From: a virus
Direction: 5' to 3' (one strand)
DNA: 64,000 nt
Virus record (IMG/VR): IMGVR_UViG_3300007512_000011
Coordinates: 1-64,000 of that record
The position numbers and the translations under genes were made by a program. The notes beneath the pieces were generated by a model. The model saw nothing but the letters and a program-made list of their open reading frames with translations, searched no databases and had not been told where the DNA came from. Below, in pieces: positions 20,088 to 29,490 of the stretch. The number at the start of each line of letters is the position of its first letter. Position 1 is the stretch's first letter.

Positions 20088-20484
20088 CTTCGCTTCTCTC
20101 GATGAAATATTTTGTATCCTCAAATATCTCATCACAAAATTTGGCCAATATTAGATCTTGCTCTGTAACTGCATTTATTGAATGTGTATATGACTCTATG
20201 CTAACCACTCTATGCTCTATTTGAATCAAAGCGTGATGATTCATTCTTTCTTGCTCTAGTAATAATTCATCAATAAAGTATCTCATGTCATCAAATCTAT
20301 CAAATTCAAAACTTTTGGCAATTCTTTCAGGCTCTTGTAAGATGACCCATTCTGGCTTTGAAACCTCGATAGGCAGTGGATCAGGTAGTGTGGTCTTCAG
20401 TGACCCCAGCGTCTGACCCACACTACTTGGCAAAGAACTACCCTCTAGTAATCTTTTGTCCACAAGATCTATCAGCGATTTCAT
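20080..20484 (-). CDS. pterin-4-alpha-carbinolamine dehydratase family protein with N-terminal extension
   Basis: ERMNHH...YTHS...VTEQDLILAKFCD. Confidence 0.82.
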   Translation of the reverse strand: MKSLIDLVDKRLLEGSSLPSSVGQTLGSLKTTLPDPLPIEVSKPEWVILQEPERIAKSFEFDRFDDMRYFIDELLLEQERMNHHALIQIEHRVVSIESYTHSINAVTEQDLILAKFCDEIFEDTKYFIERSEDV

Positions 20485-20485
20485 A

Positions 20486-22255
20486 TTATTTCCTTAAAAA
20501 CTTTCCAGTTCTTTTGGGTGCAGTCTTCAACGCCTTTTCAAGAATTCCGTAAGCTATATCCTCATCTAAAATGACATCTTGAATCTTGTCAACTAGATCA
20601 TTCATATACTGTTCAAAGTTTTGTGTTGTTAGCACTTCATCTGACACCTGCCGCCTGAAAGCACCATCAGCATTCATCTGTTGCATAAATGCTCTCATTC
20701 CGCCCTCCTTTGCTCCTTTTGTCTTTGCAGGATCAAGAATGGACTTTGCAACGCCCTGAATAAATGCAACAACAGCTTCAAATGAATTTCTAACGTTTAA
20801 ATATTGCTGTGAATTAGGGTCCATGTCTCGAGGAACAACTGCTGTGTTCTGGACTCTTAGGTATCCTTCAATTCCATCTCCTGGAAAAGTTGCACTATCA
20901 CCATCTAGCAGTGCATCTAAAACACTGGCTTCATCATCCTCATCGTAGCCTATACTCTCAACATAGTCTCGCATTGTTGATCTGAATAGATCATATGTTA
21001 CACCTGTTATCTGCTTTTGTGCGTTTAGCTTCATTGGATCATATGTGCTTGGAATTTTTTTCTCGCTTGGAAATCCTAGCATTGTAGCATCTTCTGGGTT
21101 GAACCCGAATACCTTAAGATCATCATAAAGAATATTTTGAATATTATTGACCTTTAAGCCTGTCTCATCTGCAATTTTTTCTTTAAGTGCTTGCAGGGCT
21201 TTTTGTGACATCTTGAGATCAACTCCTTCCTGCTCTAGAACTTCATCACGTAGTTGCTTGCGAATCTTTGCTGCCTCATGCGGATTGATTGTCTCTATTG
21301 CTGCAACTGGATCAACAGATTCCTCAGGCTCAGAGACTTCTTGCTCAGTTTCATCAGCAAGCTTTCTAAGCCCTTTTGCATTGTCCTCCATTCCCATTGC
21401 CTCTAGTTCGTCGGCGCGATCTCTAAGGGCAGCAACAAGCTCAAGACCCTCAAATCCAGTCTCCTTTCTAACTTTAGCCATCTCCTTGGCTGGTACACGT
21501 GCTGCTGCTTCTGCTTTTCCCGCAGCAATGTATCCAGAGACTTCTTCTGGTGTCACCTCTCGTTTTGCAAATCTAAGCATCTCATTTGCAACAGCAACCC
21601 TAACGTCCTTTATCTCATCTTCTGAGAGCTTGCTTTTTCGTAGAATGTTCTGAATAACTGAGTTTTTTTGCAGCTGGCTCAAAACTCGAAGCTGTACAAG
21701 TCTGGGTTCTGCAGCTCTTGTCATCGGTTTCCCACTTTCAGGATCAACACCGACAATGTCTTGAAAAAATGCAGGATTCGCAACAATGTAGTCAACTATC
21801 TTATCTGCTGCTTCAGAAACGGGATCTTCTATGGATAGCTTTATATCATCAAGAGATTCATCATCATTATCTTCTAAGAGCAGCCGAACTTTTTCTCGAA
21901 ACAATGTCTCGTCAAGAGTCTCCTCATAAGTCTTAGCATCATGCCTATCTAATGCATTGTCTAAAAGCCTGTGAAGCTTTCTATAGAAAAATTCAATCTG
22001 ATCTGCAGGCACCTCAGCAGATATAACAGAAGCTGCACGACCCAGTTCTTCAACATTTGACGGTATGTATACAGGATCGTCTACAGGGGGCATATCCACT
22101 GATAGCTGCACAGCCATTTGTGGTGTTGGCTCAATAGGCTCATCATCATCTGCACCTGGAATCATATCAATTCTCTCTGATCGATAACTTCGATCCTCAT
22201 TTAAGATCCTTAGAAGTGCTTCTTCCAGGGCACCTTTCTTTACTATGACGCGCAT
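20486..22255 (-). CDS. large acidic late protein with L-x-E motifs
   Basis: LEEALLRILNE, LDETLFREKVRLLLE; GAGGAG SD; ATATTTA at 22273-22279. Confidence 0.7.
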   Translation of the reverse strand: MRVIVKKGALEEALLRILNEDRSYRSERIDMIPGADDDEPIEPTPQMAVQLSVDMPPVDDPVYIPSNVEELGRAASVISAEVPADQIEFFYRKLHRLLDNALDRHDAKTYEETLDETLFREKVRLLLEDNDDESLDDIKLSIEDPVSEAADKIVDYIVANPAFFQDIVGVDPESGKPMTRAAEPRLVQLRVLSQLQKNSVIQNILRKSKLSEDEIKDVRVAVANEMLRFAKREVTPEEVSGYIAAGKAEAAARVPAKEMAKVRKETGFEGLELVAALRDRADELEAMGMEDNAKGLRKLADETEQEVSEPEESVDPVAAIETINPHEAAKIRKQLRDEVLEQEGVDLKMSQKALQALKEKIADETGLKVNNIQNILYDDLKVFGFNPEDATMLGFPSEKKIPSTYDPMKLNAQKQITGVTYDLFRSTMRDYVESIGYDEDDEASVLDALLDGDSATFPGDGIEGYLRVQNTAVVPRDMDPNSQQYLNVRNSFEAVVAFIQGVAKSILDPAKTKGAKEGGMRAFMQQMNADGAFRRQVSDEVLTTQNFEQYMNDLVDKIQDVILDEDIAYGILEKALKTAPKRTGKFLRK

Positions 22256-22290
22256 ACGAGACTCCTCACAGATAAATATCTGCGGTAGTT

Positions 22291-22734
22291 TTAATTTGCT
22301 GAGGCTTGTGAAACTGCCCAAACACCAAAAGACGTCGCCAGAATACCTGTTACAATCCCACCTACATACCAGGCTGATGCTGACGGGCTTCCTCTCCTTT
22401 TAATTTGTGTATTAAGAAGATCAATATGATCATTCTTTACAATTAAAATTTCTTCGCTGCGCTTCTCACAAAAGTCCAATCTGATCTTCTCAACATCAAC
22501 CAGATATTGCATTTCAGCCTCTTTTATGGCTGTTGCCTGCTCTATTTTTATCTGGCATGCTTGCTGTGCGTTCTCAAGATCTATGGCTATCTTGGCTGCA
22601 GCAGCTGTGCTAAATAGTGTTCCAGAAAAAGGAGCTGTATCTCCTACTTGCAAAGTTACTATTTTTTCCTCTTGAGGCTCATCTGCAAATACAACTCCCA
22701 TTGTAGCAATCATTAAAGCTCCAAACAGCATCAT
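22291..22734 (-). CDS. secreted coiled-coil protein with C-terminal TM helix (spanin-like?)
   Basis: Signal peptide, heptad region, WYVGGIVTGILATSFGVWAV. Confidence 0.55.
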   Translation of the reverse strand: MMLFGALMIATMGVVFADEPQEEKIVTLQVGDTAPFSGTLFSTAAAAKIAIDLENAQQACQIKIEQATAIKEAEMQYLVDVEKIRLDFCEKRSEEILIVKNDHIDLLNTQIKRRGSPSASAWYVGGIVTGILATSFGVWAVSQASAN

Positions 22735-23141
22735 TCTACCTCAATCTTAAACCCAGTTAGAGATGCAATCTTCTCTGTGATTGCATCAGGATCATCGATA
22801 TTATCCTTGATGAGTGCTTCCACCTGCTTCTTTTTCTTTGCATCAAGCTTTTTATTTTCGCTCTTATACTTTGACTCAATTGAAGACAGTGCGCTTTGTA
22901 GCCTGCTTTGTGCTGATAGGATACTTTCGACCTCACTCTTATGTGATGACTTCAAGATTTCAACCTCATCACTATGTGCTTTTTGTGCACCAACCAAAAG
23001 AGAGGATATGCTTCTTGTCCTTCTACGTGTCATAATACTGACCACTATAATTGTTGCGACGGCCAGAAATGTTTCCCAGTGCGTCTTTATCCAGAGCACC
23101 AGTCTCTTTACGAGATAGTGTGCTTTTAGATAGAGCATCAC
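22731..23141 (-). CDS. TM plus coiled-coil protein (i-spanin-like?)
   Basis: Single N-proximal TM, long helical tail. Confidence 0.5.
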   Translation of the reverse strand: MMLYLKAHYLVKRLVLWIKTHWETFLAVATIIVVSIMTRRRTRSISSLLVGAQKAHSDEVEILKSSHKSEVESILSAQSRLQSALSSIESKYKSENKKLDAKKKKQVEALIKDNIDDPDAITEKIASLTGFKIEVE

Positions 23142-23326
23142 TAACGACCGTGTCTATAGGCTGTCATCGCATCTACAACGGCCTGGCCACCAATATAGCA
23201 AATTGCAATCATGCCCCAAGTTTCAGAATCAAGACCATCCCAAACCATTAAGCCCGTCGCTGTAGCGAACACTAGAAGCTTTCTAGAAACCACCTTTTCG
23301 AGAACTCGATCAGTGAAACCTTTCAT
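23141..23326 (-). CDS. small two-TM holin-like protein
   Basis: SRKLLV...W...YIGGQAVVD. Confidence 0.55.
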   Translation of the reverse strand: MKGFTDRVLEKVVSRKLLVFATATGLMVWDGLDSETWGMIAICYIGGQAVVDAMTAYRHGR

Positions 23327-23327
23327 T

Positions 23328-23606
23328 CTAGTCCTCGCTGGACTCTGCGGTTGCTTCACTTGCATCATCACTAGTAGTCTCGTTACCGGTCGATGTTGTA
23401 GTTGTCTCATCAGCTGCTGTTGTTGCAGCTGTGGTAGTCTCATCAGCGCTAGTAGTTGTTTCTGTAGCTTCCTCTACAGACTCCTCTAACGCGTCAAGAT
23501 CGGGCTCAACTGTACACTGACCATATGCAGTTGCTATCACAAGCGCACCGCCCACCACAGAAATGTGAACCTTCCACTTGCTCAAAAGTTCTTTTAGCTT
23601 TTTCAT
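23328..23606 (-). CDS. membrane-anchored Thr/Glu-rich low-complexity protein
   Basis: N-terminal TM; repeated ADETTT; GGAGGT SD; GTTTAA-N17-TATAAT upstream. Confidence 0.7.
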   Translation of the reverse strand: MKKLKELLSKWKVHISVVGGALVIATAYGQCTVEPDLDALEESVEEATETTTSADETTTAATTAADETTTTSTGNETTSDDASEATAESSED

Positions 23607-23664
23607 AATATCACCTCCAAAAGCATGACAAATTATAACAAGCTACTAAAAAAGTTAAACTGAA

Positions 23665-23964
23665 CTAATTTATAAGATCATCGTCGTCGTCAGAAAGAAT
23701 CATCATTCCTCGGGTAGAAGCTGACATCTTATCCCTAGGGTGTCCTTTCGTCACAGTGCCCAGCACATGATCAACTATATCTTCTTGCACCTTGGTGTAA
23801 GTCGTTAAAACATATGCTTGATTTACAACAATCTCTTCAAGCTTAAACATTCTTATCTCGAGCTCATTAACAGTCTTGGTTAGCTCTTGAACCTTTGAAG
23901 AAGTTGTAAAAACTCTATCGAATAACCTAGCGAACAACTCTTTTACATTAGTAAACATTTTCAA
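23665..23964 (-). CDS. hypothetical coiled-coil protein
   Basis: 99-aa ORF in operon. Confidence 0.6.
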   Translation of the reverse strand: MKMFTNVKELFARLFDRVFTTSSKVQELTKTVNELEIRMFKLEEIVVNQAYVLTTYTKVQEDIVDHVLGTVTKGHPRDKMSASTRGMMILSDDDDDLIN

Positions 23965-23966
23965 TC

Positions 23967-24254
23967 CTAATCATCTGAGAGCGGGCTCTCCTGCGCAATT
24001 ACATCAAATAGCGACTCTGCATCTGTCTGTGATAGCTTCTTAATAGTCTTACTGCGCTTTCTCTGTGAAAGATCATCAAGAATGTGAATCATATCAGGTG
24101 ACCCTGCTGCTATTTTCTGCGACACTTCCTCAAATACCTCTTGCATGGAAAGCCTCTTCTTAAAGCATGTGATTCTTAACTCTGCGTGAGTGGCACGTGT
24201 AATATTAAAATGTATTGTCTTTTTTGTCTCAAAATCAATGTACTTATCAGACAT
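23967..24254 (-). CDS. ribbon-helix-helix-like DNA-binding protein
   Basis: KTIHFNITRATHAELRITC...SMQEVFEE pattern. Confidence 0.55.
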   Translation of the reverse strand: MSDKYIDFETKKTIHFNITRATHAELRITCFKKRLSMQEVFEEVSQKIAAGSPDMIHILDDLSQRKRSKTIKKLSQTDAESLFDVIAQESPLSDD

Positions 24255-24853
24255 CAGCCACCACCGCCGCCGAGGCCCCCTGTGCCGCCGGCATATGCAC
24301 CTACAGCGTACGGCGCGTCAGGTGTGTCTTCCGCGCCTTCCAGATTAAAATCAAACTGTGTATCAAGTATCTCTCTCATCTGGTTAACATGTGCCTGGTC
24401 GTAATTTTCAAGCAAATAATTTTTCGCTCTATTCAAAATAACTGATCTCACATCAAGCAAAACAGCATTGTTCATTACAAGTCTTGCAACTCTCTTTGTA
24501 AAGGCATCGATGTTTAGAGGAAGCGCTTGAATCTCTTCAGCAGGCTCTGTGGCATCGATCTTTGTGCTATCCTCAGGCTCTGGAACCTCTGGCTCTTCCT
24601 CTTCATCCGGTTCCTCCTCGCCTTCCTCTTGCTCAAACAAAAGATCAACCAGGGATCTAACACGTGTCTCTGAAAGCGCACCCTCAGGTGAAATTGAATC
24701 CTTTTCAAATTTTATCAAAAATGAGTCTATCTGGTCATCAACAGAATCTAGACCTAGCCTAGTCTTATCAGTCTCGTCCTCGGCTGACAACATCTCTTCC
24801 ATTGCCTCAAGAATGAGTTTTCTAATCATTTTTTTATTCATTTCCATCTTCAA
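24254..24853 (-). CDS. acidic late protein with L-x-E leader
   Basis: KKMIRKLILEAMEE; DSVDDQID; LLFEQ. Confidence 0.7.
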   Translation of the reverse strand: MKMEMNKKMIRKLILEAMEEMLSAEDETDKTRLGLDSVDDQIDSFLIKFEKDSISPEGALSETRVRSLVDLLFEQEEGEEEPDEEEEPEVPEPEDSTKIDATEPAEEIQALPLNIDAFTKRVARLVMNNAVLLDVRSVILNRAKNYLLENYDQAHVNQMREILDTQFDFNLEGAEDTPDAPYAVGAYAGGTGGLGGGGG

Positions 24854-25545
24854 GCCCTCAACGCCTTTTGAATCTTATCAGCCTTACGAATTCTCTCTTC
24901 GATGACATTCCAATTAAGTTGCTTCATCATTGCATGCACATATGTTCTTGCATCTCTCAAATAATCTCGATAATAAGCATGTTGCCACACATCCATAACA
25001 ATGACTGGGTAAGAGCCAATTGGAATCTGCAGGCTGTGTAGGTCAACAACACAATTTACATACCTCTGGAGATATGTGCTATAAATGGTCACAGCCCATC
25101 CACATCTAGATGCCATGCAACATGCGATAAAATCCTCCTGCCACTTGTCAAAACCCCCAAAGTCACGAGAAAGTCGCATATAAGAAAGTGAATCCATTGA
25201 TATCTGGCTATGAAGATCACTTATGTTTGAAAAATAAAGCTCATGAAGGTATGCTCCATTCATGTTGTATGCTTCGTCAATCTTCAAGGACCTATACTCT
25301 GAATGATTAGAATTTGCTGCAGACCTATCTGCTGTATCTAGCTCAGCACTCACACGATTGAAATTTTCAACATACCCTTCATACAGCTCAATGTGGTTCC
25401 TCTTATTAGCCACACTTAACAGCTCCGTCGGTAAATTATATTGCTTCAGCTGTGCAACATACGCTTCATTCAGCTCTTCATTTTCATTGAGCCCTAACGA
25501 TTCACGTATGTTATCTCTCAGATTCTTATTAGTAAAGTCTGACAT
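24850..25545 (-). CDS. Fe/Mn superoxide dismutase family protein with N-terminal leader
   Basis: HIELYEGYV, NGAYLHELYF, GWAV, MDVWQHAYY. Confidence 0.9.
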   Translation of the reverse strand: MSDFTNKNLRDNIRESLGLNENEELNEAYVAQLKQYNLPTELLSVANKRNHIELYEGYVENFNRVSAELDTADRSAANSNHSEYRSLKIDEAYNMNGAYLHELYFSNISDLHSQISMDSLSYMRLSRDFGGFDKWQEDFIACCMASRCGWAVTIYSTYLQRYVNCVVDLHSLQIPIGSYPVIVMDVWQHAYYRDYLRDARTYVHAMMKQLNWNVIEERIRKADKIQKALRA

Positions 25546-25844
25546 TATTGCCTCTCATAGTCCTTAAAGTGTTGTTTTGTGATTTCAATTACAAACCCTG
25601 GACGATTACAAATCAATACTGGATTTGGTGGATCAGATAGATCTATTGCCTGAACTGTGTAAGTTACACCTGACTTCTTGTGTCTTATCTTAAGGCCTGG
25701 CTTTACAATGAGTCGTCTATCCTTAGCTGGGCCTACAAAGAGATCTATGCCTTCAAGCACACTAGAGCTTTCACTCTTTATGCGATTCACAATCTGCATT
25801 ATATGATCCTCGGTATAAATTTCCAACAGGCACTCCATTAACAT
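25545..25844 (-). CDS. hypothetical protein
   Basis: First gene after an ATAATTA motif; start uncertain. Confidence 0.6.
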   Translation of the reverse strand: MLMECLLEIYTEDHIMQIVNRIKSESSSVLEGIDLFVGPAKDRRLIVKPGLKIRHKKSGVTYTVQAIDLSDPPNPVLICNRPGFVIEITKQHFKDYERQ

Positions 25845-25889
25845 TCATACTACATTAATTATCGGAAGCCACAGCATTTTTGCCGCCAT

Positions 25890-27134
25890 CTAAAAATCAA
25901 GCCTGATTCTAAATGTCAGATCCTTATCATTGCTTTTCTCTACTGGCCGACTTAGCTTCGCAATTGCAAGCAAATTATCATGTGCATCGTAAAGTCCGAC
26001 AGAAGTCACATATGAAAAAGACTGCTGTATGCTTTCAGATCCTGCCTCGAGAACCTGTATGGCGTTATCATCATCTATGTAGGTGGGATTGGTGGAATAA
26101 TTAAACTCATCAGCAGTCGCTCTACAGAAAATCAGTGTCGAATTTATCTCTGTGGTGTTTTGGAACGTGATTGCTGTCTCAGATCCAGAGCTAAACCTAC
26201 AGCTGCAAATGTGATCAAGAATATCATCAATCGATGCAGATACCATTAAATCAGGTATGAATTTTGCCTTTGGGTTTCCAGAACCTGATGATCCAATTAC
26301 CATTGTGCCTATTGGTGCACGTTCTCCAGGGCTTGTTGAGTTCATCGCATCAATGACACCTGAGACATGCTGACTACCAGATGTAATTCTAGAAAGATCC
26401 AAAACAGCAACACCCTGACGGTAAAACAAGCTGCCGACAGTTGAATTGGACGCAGCTGCATCAATGATGTTTCCAACCCTACCAGAAAATTCGGTCCTTG
26501 CTGTAGCATTGGCACCCACATCAGTAAAAATCGCAGAGCCTGTCTCAGATGTTTTAAACAAATTATAACTTTCACTATGAGGATGATCAGTCAGTGATGC
26601 TGTTGTAAAGAATCGCATCGCAAAGGTTTGAGCTTTTATTCTATCCCTTGCAAAACTACGCCTGAAACTTATGAAGAGAGCCTCATCGACTCTCGAGCCT
26701 GTTGAGCCAATTGGTTCATCTGGTCTACCGCTCGAAGAGAGAAAAAATGGCTCGTCAGCACTGCCCAATAATAGTTGTGAAAATTGTTGGTAGACGTCCA
26801 TTTTCTGATGCATCATCACAGACTGGGACGGGAAAACAAGCTTTCCAACACTATCTTGTGCGAATGCCGAATCCCTCACTGTATCACTGCCGCTAAATAA
26901 ACCAACAGTTATGTCAAATACAGGATTCGCAGACTGTAATCGATAATCACTATCATAAACTGTGTGAAACAGAGAAGATGTGATTCCTGGTCCTATACCG
27001 CCTGTTGTGAATGTATTTCTCTTTTTTCTTGACGTCGAGCCTGACACATACCTTTGAGGAATGTCAATTAGCTGGTGTAAAAGATCCTCTCCCACTCTGA
27101 TATCAGAGGCGGCTATCTCCTTAAATCTAGGCAC
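25890..27134 (-). CDS. probable virion structural (baseplate/tail) protein
   Basis: SGS-rich; C-terminal YVTSVGLYD...LLAIAKLSRPVEK...RIRLDF; ATATTTA upstream. Confidence 0.7.
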   Translation of the reverse strand: MPRFKEIAASDIRVGEDLLHQLIDIPQRYVSGSTSRKKRNTFTTGGIGPGITSSLFHTVYDSDYRLQSANPVFDITVGLFSGSDTVRDSAFAQDSVGKLVFPSQSVMMHQKMDVYQQFSQLLLGSADEPFFLSSSGRPDEPIGSTGSRVDEALFISFRRSFARDRIKAQTFAMRFFTTASLTDHPHSESYNLFKTSETGSAIFTDVGANATARTEFSGRVGNIIDAAASNSTVGSLFYRQGVAVLDLSRITSGSQHVSGVIDAMNSTSPGERAPIGTMVIGSSGSGNPKAKFIPDLMVSASIDDILDHICSCRFSSGSETAITFQNTTEINSTLIFCRATADEFNYSTNPTYIDDDNAIQVLEAGSESIQQSFSYVTSVGLYDAHDNLLAIAKLSRPVEKSNDKDLTFRIRLDF

Positions 27135-27178
27135 TGTTCAAAACTCCAGATCACTCGAATAAGCAATACTCTATTGTA

Positions 27179-27592
27179 TTAAATATCGCCCGGAAGTGTT
27201 AGCTTTTTTACAACAATGTCAGATTCACGAAGAATTTCTAATCCTGATGTGTCCCTGTACTCTTCTGCGTATAGCACTTCATCAATTCCTGTATTAATAA
27301 TTGCCTTTGCGCACATACGACAGGGAGACAATGTGAGATAGAGCTTCTTTCTCTTAGGGTTGTTGTAATCCATCTTAAGAAGAGCATTTATCTCTGCGTG
27401 AAGCATTCCAGACTCACCAGGTGTATCAGATTCAACTTCATTGGGCCCTCCAGAATAGTTGCCATTATATCCGACTGCTAGAACCTGTGTATTGTCATCA
27501 GTCACAACAACTGCTCCAACCTGGTGACGAGGATCATATGACCTTCGAGCAATTCCATAGGCGACGTCTACCCAAATCTCATCCCAGCTCAA
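27179..27592 (-). CDS. dCMP deaminase family protein
   Basis: VGYNG, HAEINA, SPCRMC. Confidence 0.92.
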   Translation of the reverse strand: MSWDEIWVDVAYGIARRSYDPRHQVGAVVVTDDNTQVLAVGYNGNYSGGPNEVESDTPGESGMLHAEINALLKMDYNNPKRKKLYLTLSPCRMCAKAIINTGIDEVLYAEEYRDTSGLEILRESDIVVKKLTLPGDI

Positions 27593-27612
27593 TCTATGAC
27601 CAATAATTGAAA

Positions 27613-28515
27613 TTATTCTTCTTCCTCTTGCTTGTCTTCCGCGTCATCAAATACTTCATCTTCGAAAAATTCAAGATCAGGATCCTCGTCAAAGATCTCA
27701 TCAACTCTCATATCACCCGGCATTTGAAAACCTGATGCCTTGCGATGTCCGCCGCCGCCAAATTCCTTGGCAATCTCAGATACATCAACAGTATCATGAA
27801 AAGATCTCAGGCTCACCTTAATCACCTTGTCATCGTGATCATAATACCAGATCATGGCAAAATCACAGTCAGGAGAAAGTCGAGCTCCGATCTCAGACAT
27901 CCAATGGCAAGAATTTACCACTAGCACATCTAGCTCTTTATACCTTCTTGTTGATGCCTTTTCACAAACCTTTTTAACAACTGTCTTAGAGTAGGCGAGA
28001 ATATATGATCCTCTCTTCACAGCATCATCGAATACAGAGTCATCCTCAAACTTCTCAAACTCTTCAAAGTCAAAAGGAACCATATCAAATGCTGCCGCAA
28101 ATTCCTTCGAATAGGCAAGCTCCCACTTCCAAAGATCTCTATCTTGGATGTATTCAATAAACTTTGGAGGCTCTTTTCCTGGATGAAAGAATTCCCATGA
28201 TAGTATCGCACCAGATTTTGTCATATCAAATATTGTATTTGAAATATCGTGCAGTTCAACTATTGCAGATTTATGATGATCAATAATAATCAACCCATCT
28301 GCATCTTCAATCATCTGCTTTGTTGTTGCGTTATTATAGGAGAAATCAAGAATTGCAACATTTTTCCCCTGCACATCTGGGGGAGGATTTCCGTGCTTGC
28401 ATGCATAATACTCAGCTCTATTTCCTAAAAGCTTCCAGGCTGCATATGCAGCTCCAAAGCCGTCAGAGCAATCTGCGTGATAGATTACTGTATCAATACT
28501 TGTTGGTTCAATCAT
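27613..28515 (-). CDS. DHH/DHHA1 family phosphoesterase
   Basis: DCSDG, LDF, IDHH, SLRS, GGGGHRKASG. Confidence 0.9.
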   Translation of the reverse strand: MIEPTSIDTVIYHADCSDGFGAAYAAWKLLGNRAEYYACKHGNPPPDVQGKNVAILDFSYNNATTKQMIEDADGLIIIDHHKSAIVELHDISNTIFDMTKSGAILSWEFFHPGKEPPKFIEYIQDRDLWKWELAYSKEFAAAFDMVPFDFEEFEKFEDDSVFDDAVKRGSYILAYSKTVVKKVCEKASTRRYKELDVLVVNSCHWMSEIGARLSPDCDFAMIWYYDHDDKVIKVSLRSFHDTVDVSEIAKEFGGGGHRKASGFQMPGDMRVDEIFDEDPDLEFFEDEVFDDAEDKQEEEE

Positions 28516-28516
28516 T

Positions 28517-29077
28517 TTAGTTAAGTTTATTCATATAAATGTGATATTCCCAGCAACGAGGCTCATAAAGCTCTGCTCCTCCCACCGCTATCTCACTCAT
28601 AGTATCATACTTTCTATGAGTGTAATATGCGTCTCGACCCGTTATTGTGCAAACAGCTGGACAGATCTCAATCTTTGTAGCAAAGGGCATCATATCCCTC
28701 ACCTCTTCAAAAACGCTACAGCTCGCTGATAGCTGTAAGGATGAAACAACAACGGTCTTGCCCATTTGAAATAGTTTTATGAGAGAATTAGCAATTCCGT
28801 CTATCATAAAGGCCTCGTCTACTGCGACTATATCGACTTTTTCTTCAGCACCTAGTGTGTGCTTTTCAACATCTAAACCGGTATCTACAGTAACTGCCTT
28901 TAGGCTACCTCCATTGTGGGTGGAGATCTCTCCGCTAGAATATCTATCATCTAACTTTGGCTTAAATGCCATGATCACTTTATTCTGATAGACATACCTA
29001 TCAACCGCTGCAAGGAGCTTTGTTGTCTTAGAGCCGAACATTGGGCCTGTAAAAATAATAAACTCAGGAGAAATCAT
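28517..29077 (-). CDS. tdk: thymidine kinase
   Basis: GPMFGSKTT, DDRY, VDEA, VGGAELYEPRC. Confidence 0.92.
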   Translation of the reverse strand: MISPEFIIFTGPMFGSKTTKLLAAVDRYVYQNKVIMAFKPKLDDRYSSGEISTHNGGSLKAVTVDTGLDVEKHTLGAEEKVDIVAVDEAFMIDGIANSLIKLFQMGKTVVVSSLQLSASCSVFEEVRDMMPFATKIEICPAVCTITGRDAYYTHRKYDTMSEIAVGGAELYEPRCWEYHIYMNKLN

Positions 29078-29490
29078 TCCACCCTTCCGTAATCATCTTC
29101 AAGCCTAACAGGCTTATCTGCCATATTATCTCCAATCTCTATAATTTCACTATCTGCTAAGGCAGAAATTCTATATGGGCAGCAAGATTGTACCATCAGT
29201 GTGTCACCTTCTGCCATTGTCTCATTTTTCATTGGATTTGCAACTGGATCCAAGAGAGAGCATTCGTTTCCATATGTTACTTCTACTGTACCAGATCTAA
29301 CAAATAGCATCTCAGTCTTTCTAGGGTAGTATTTAAGACTTGTTCTTTCACCCTCTCTAATGAACAGAGTCTTGCCGTGGATGCCCTGGAATCCTGACCA
29401 GTTTTGCTCTTCACCCCAGGGCTTTTGATAAATCTTTGTAGGTGTGGCTCTTATGATCCAAGCTGATTTTATGTGCTTCTTGTCTATCAC
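29074..29490 (-). CDS. cupin (mannose-6-phosphate isomerase C-terminal-like)
   Basis: KPWG, RTSL, VRLEDDYGR; the usual metal-binding His residues are replaced; GTGA overlap start. Confidence 0.7.
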   Translation of the reverse strand: MIDKKHIKSAWIIRATPTKIYQKPWGEEQNWSGFQGIHGKTLFIREGERTSLKYYPRKTEMLFVRSGTVEVTYGNECSLLDPVANPMKNETMAEGDTLMVQSCCPYRISALADSEIIEIGDNMADKPVRLEDDYGRVE

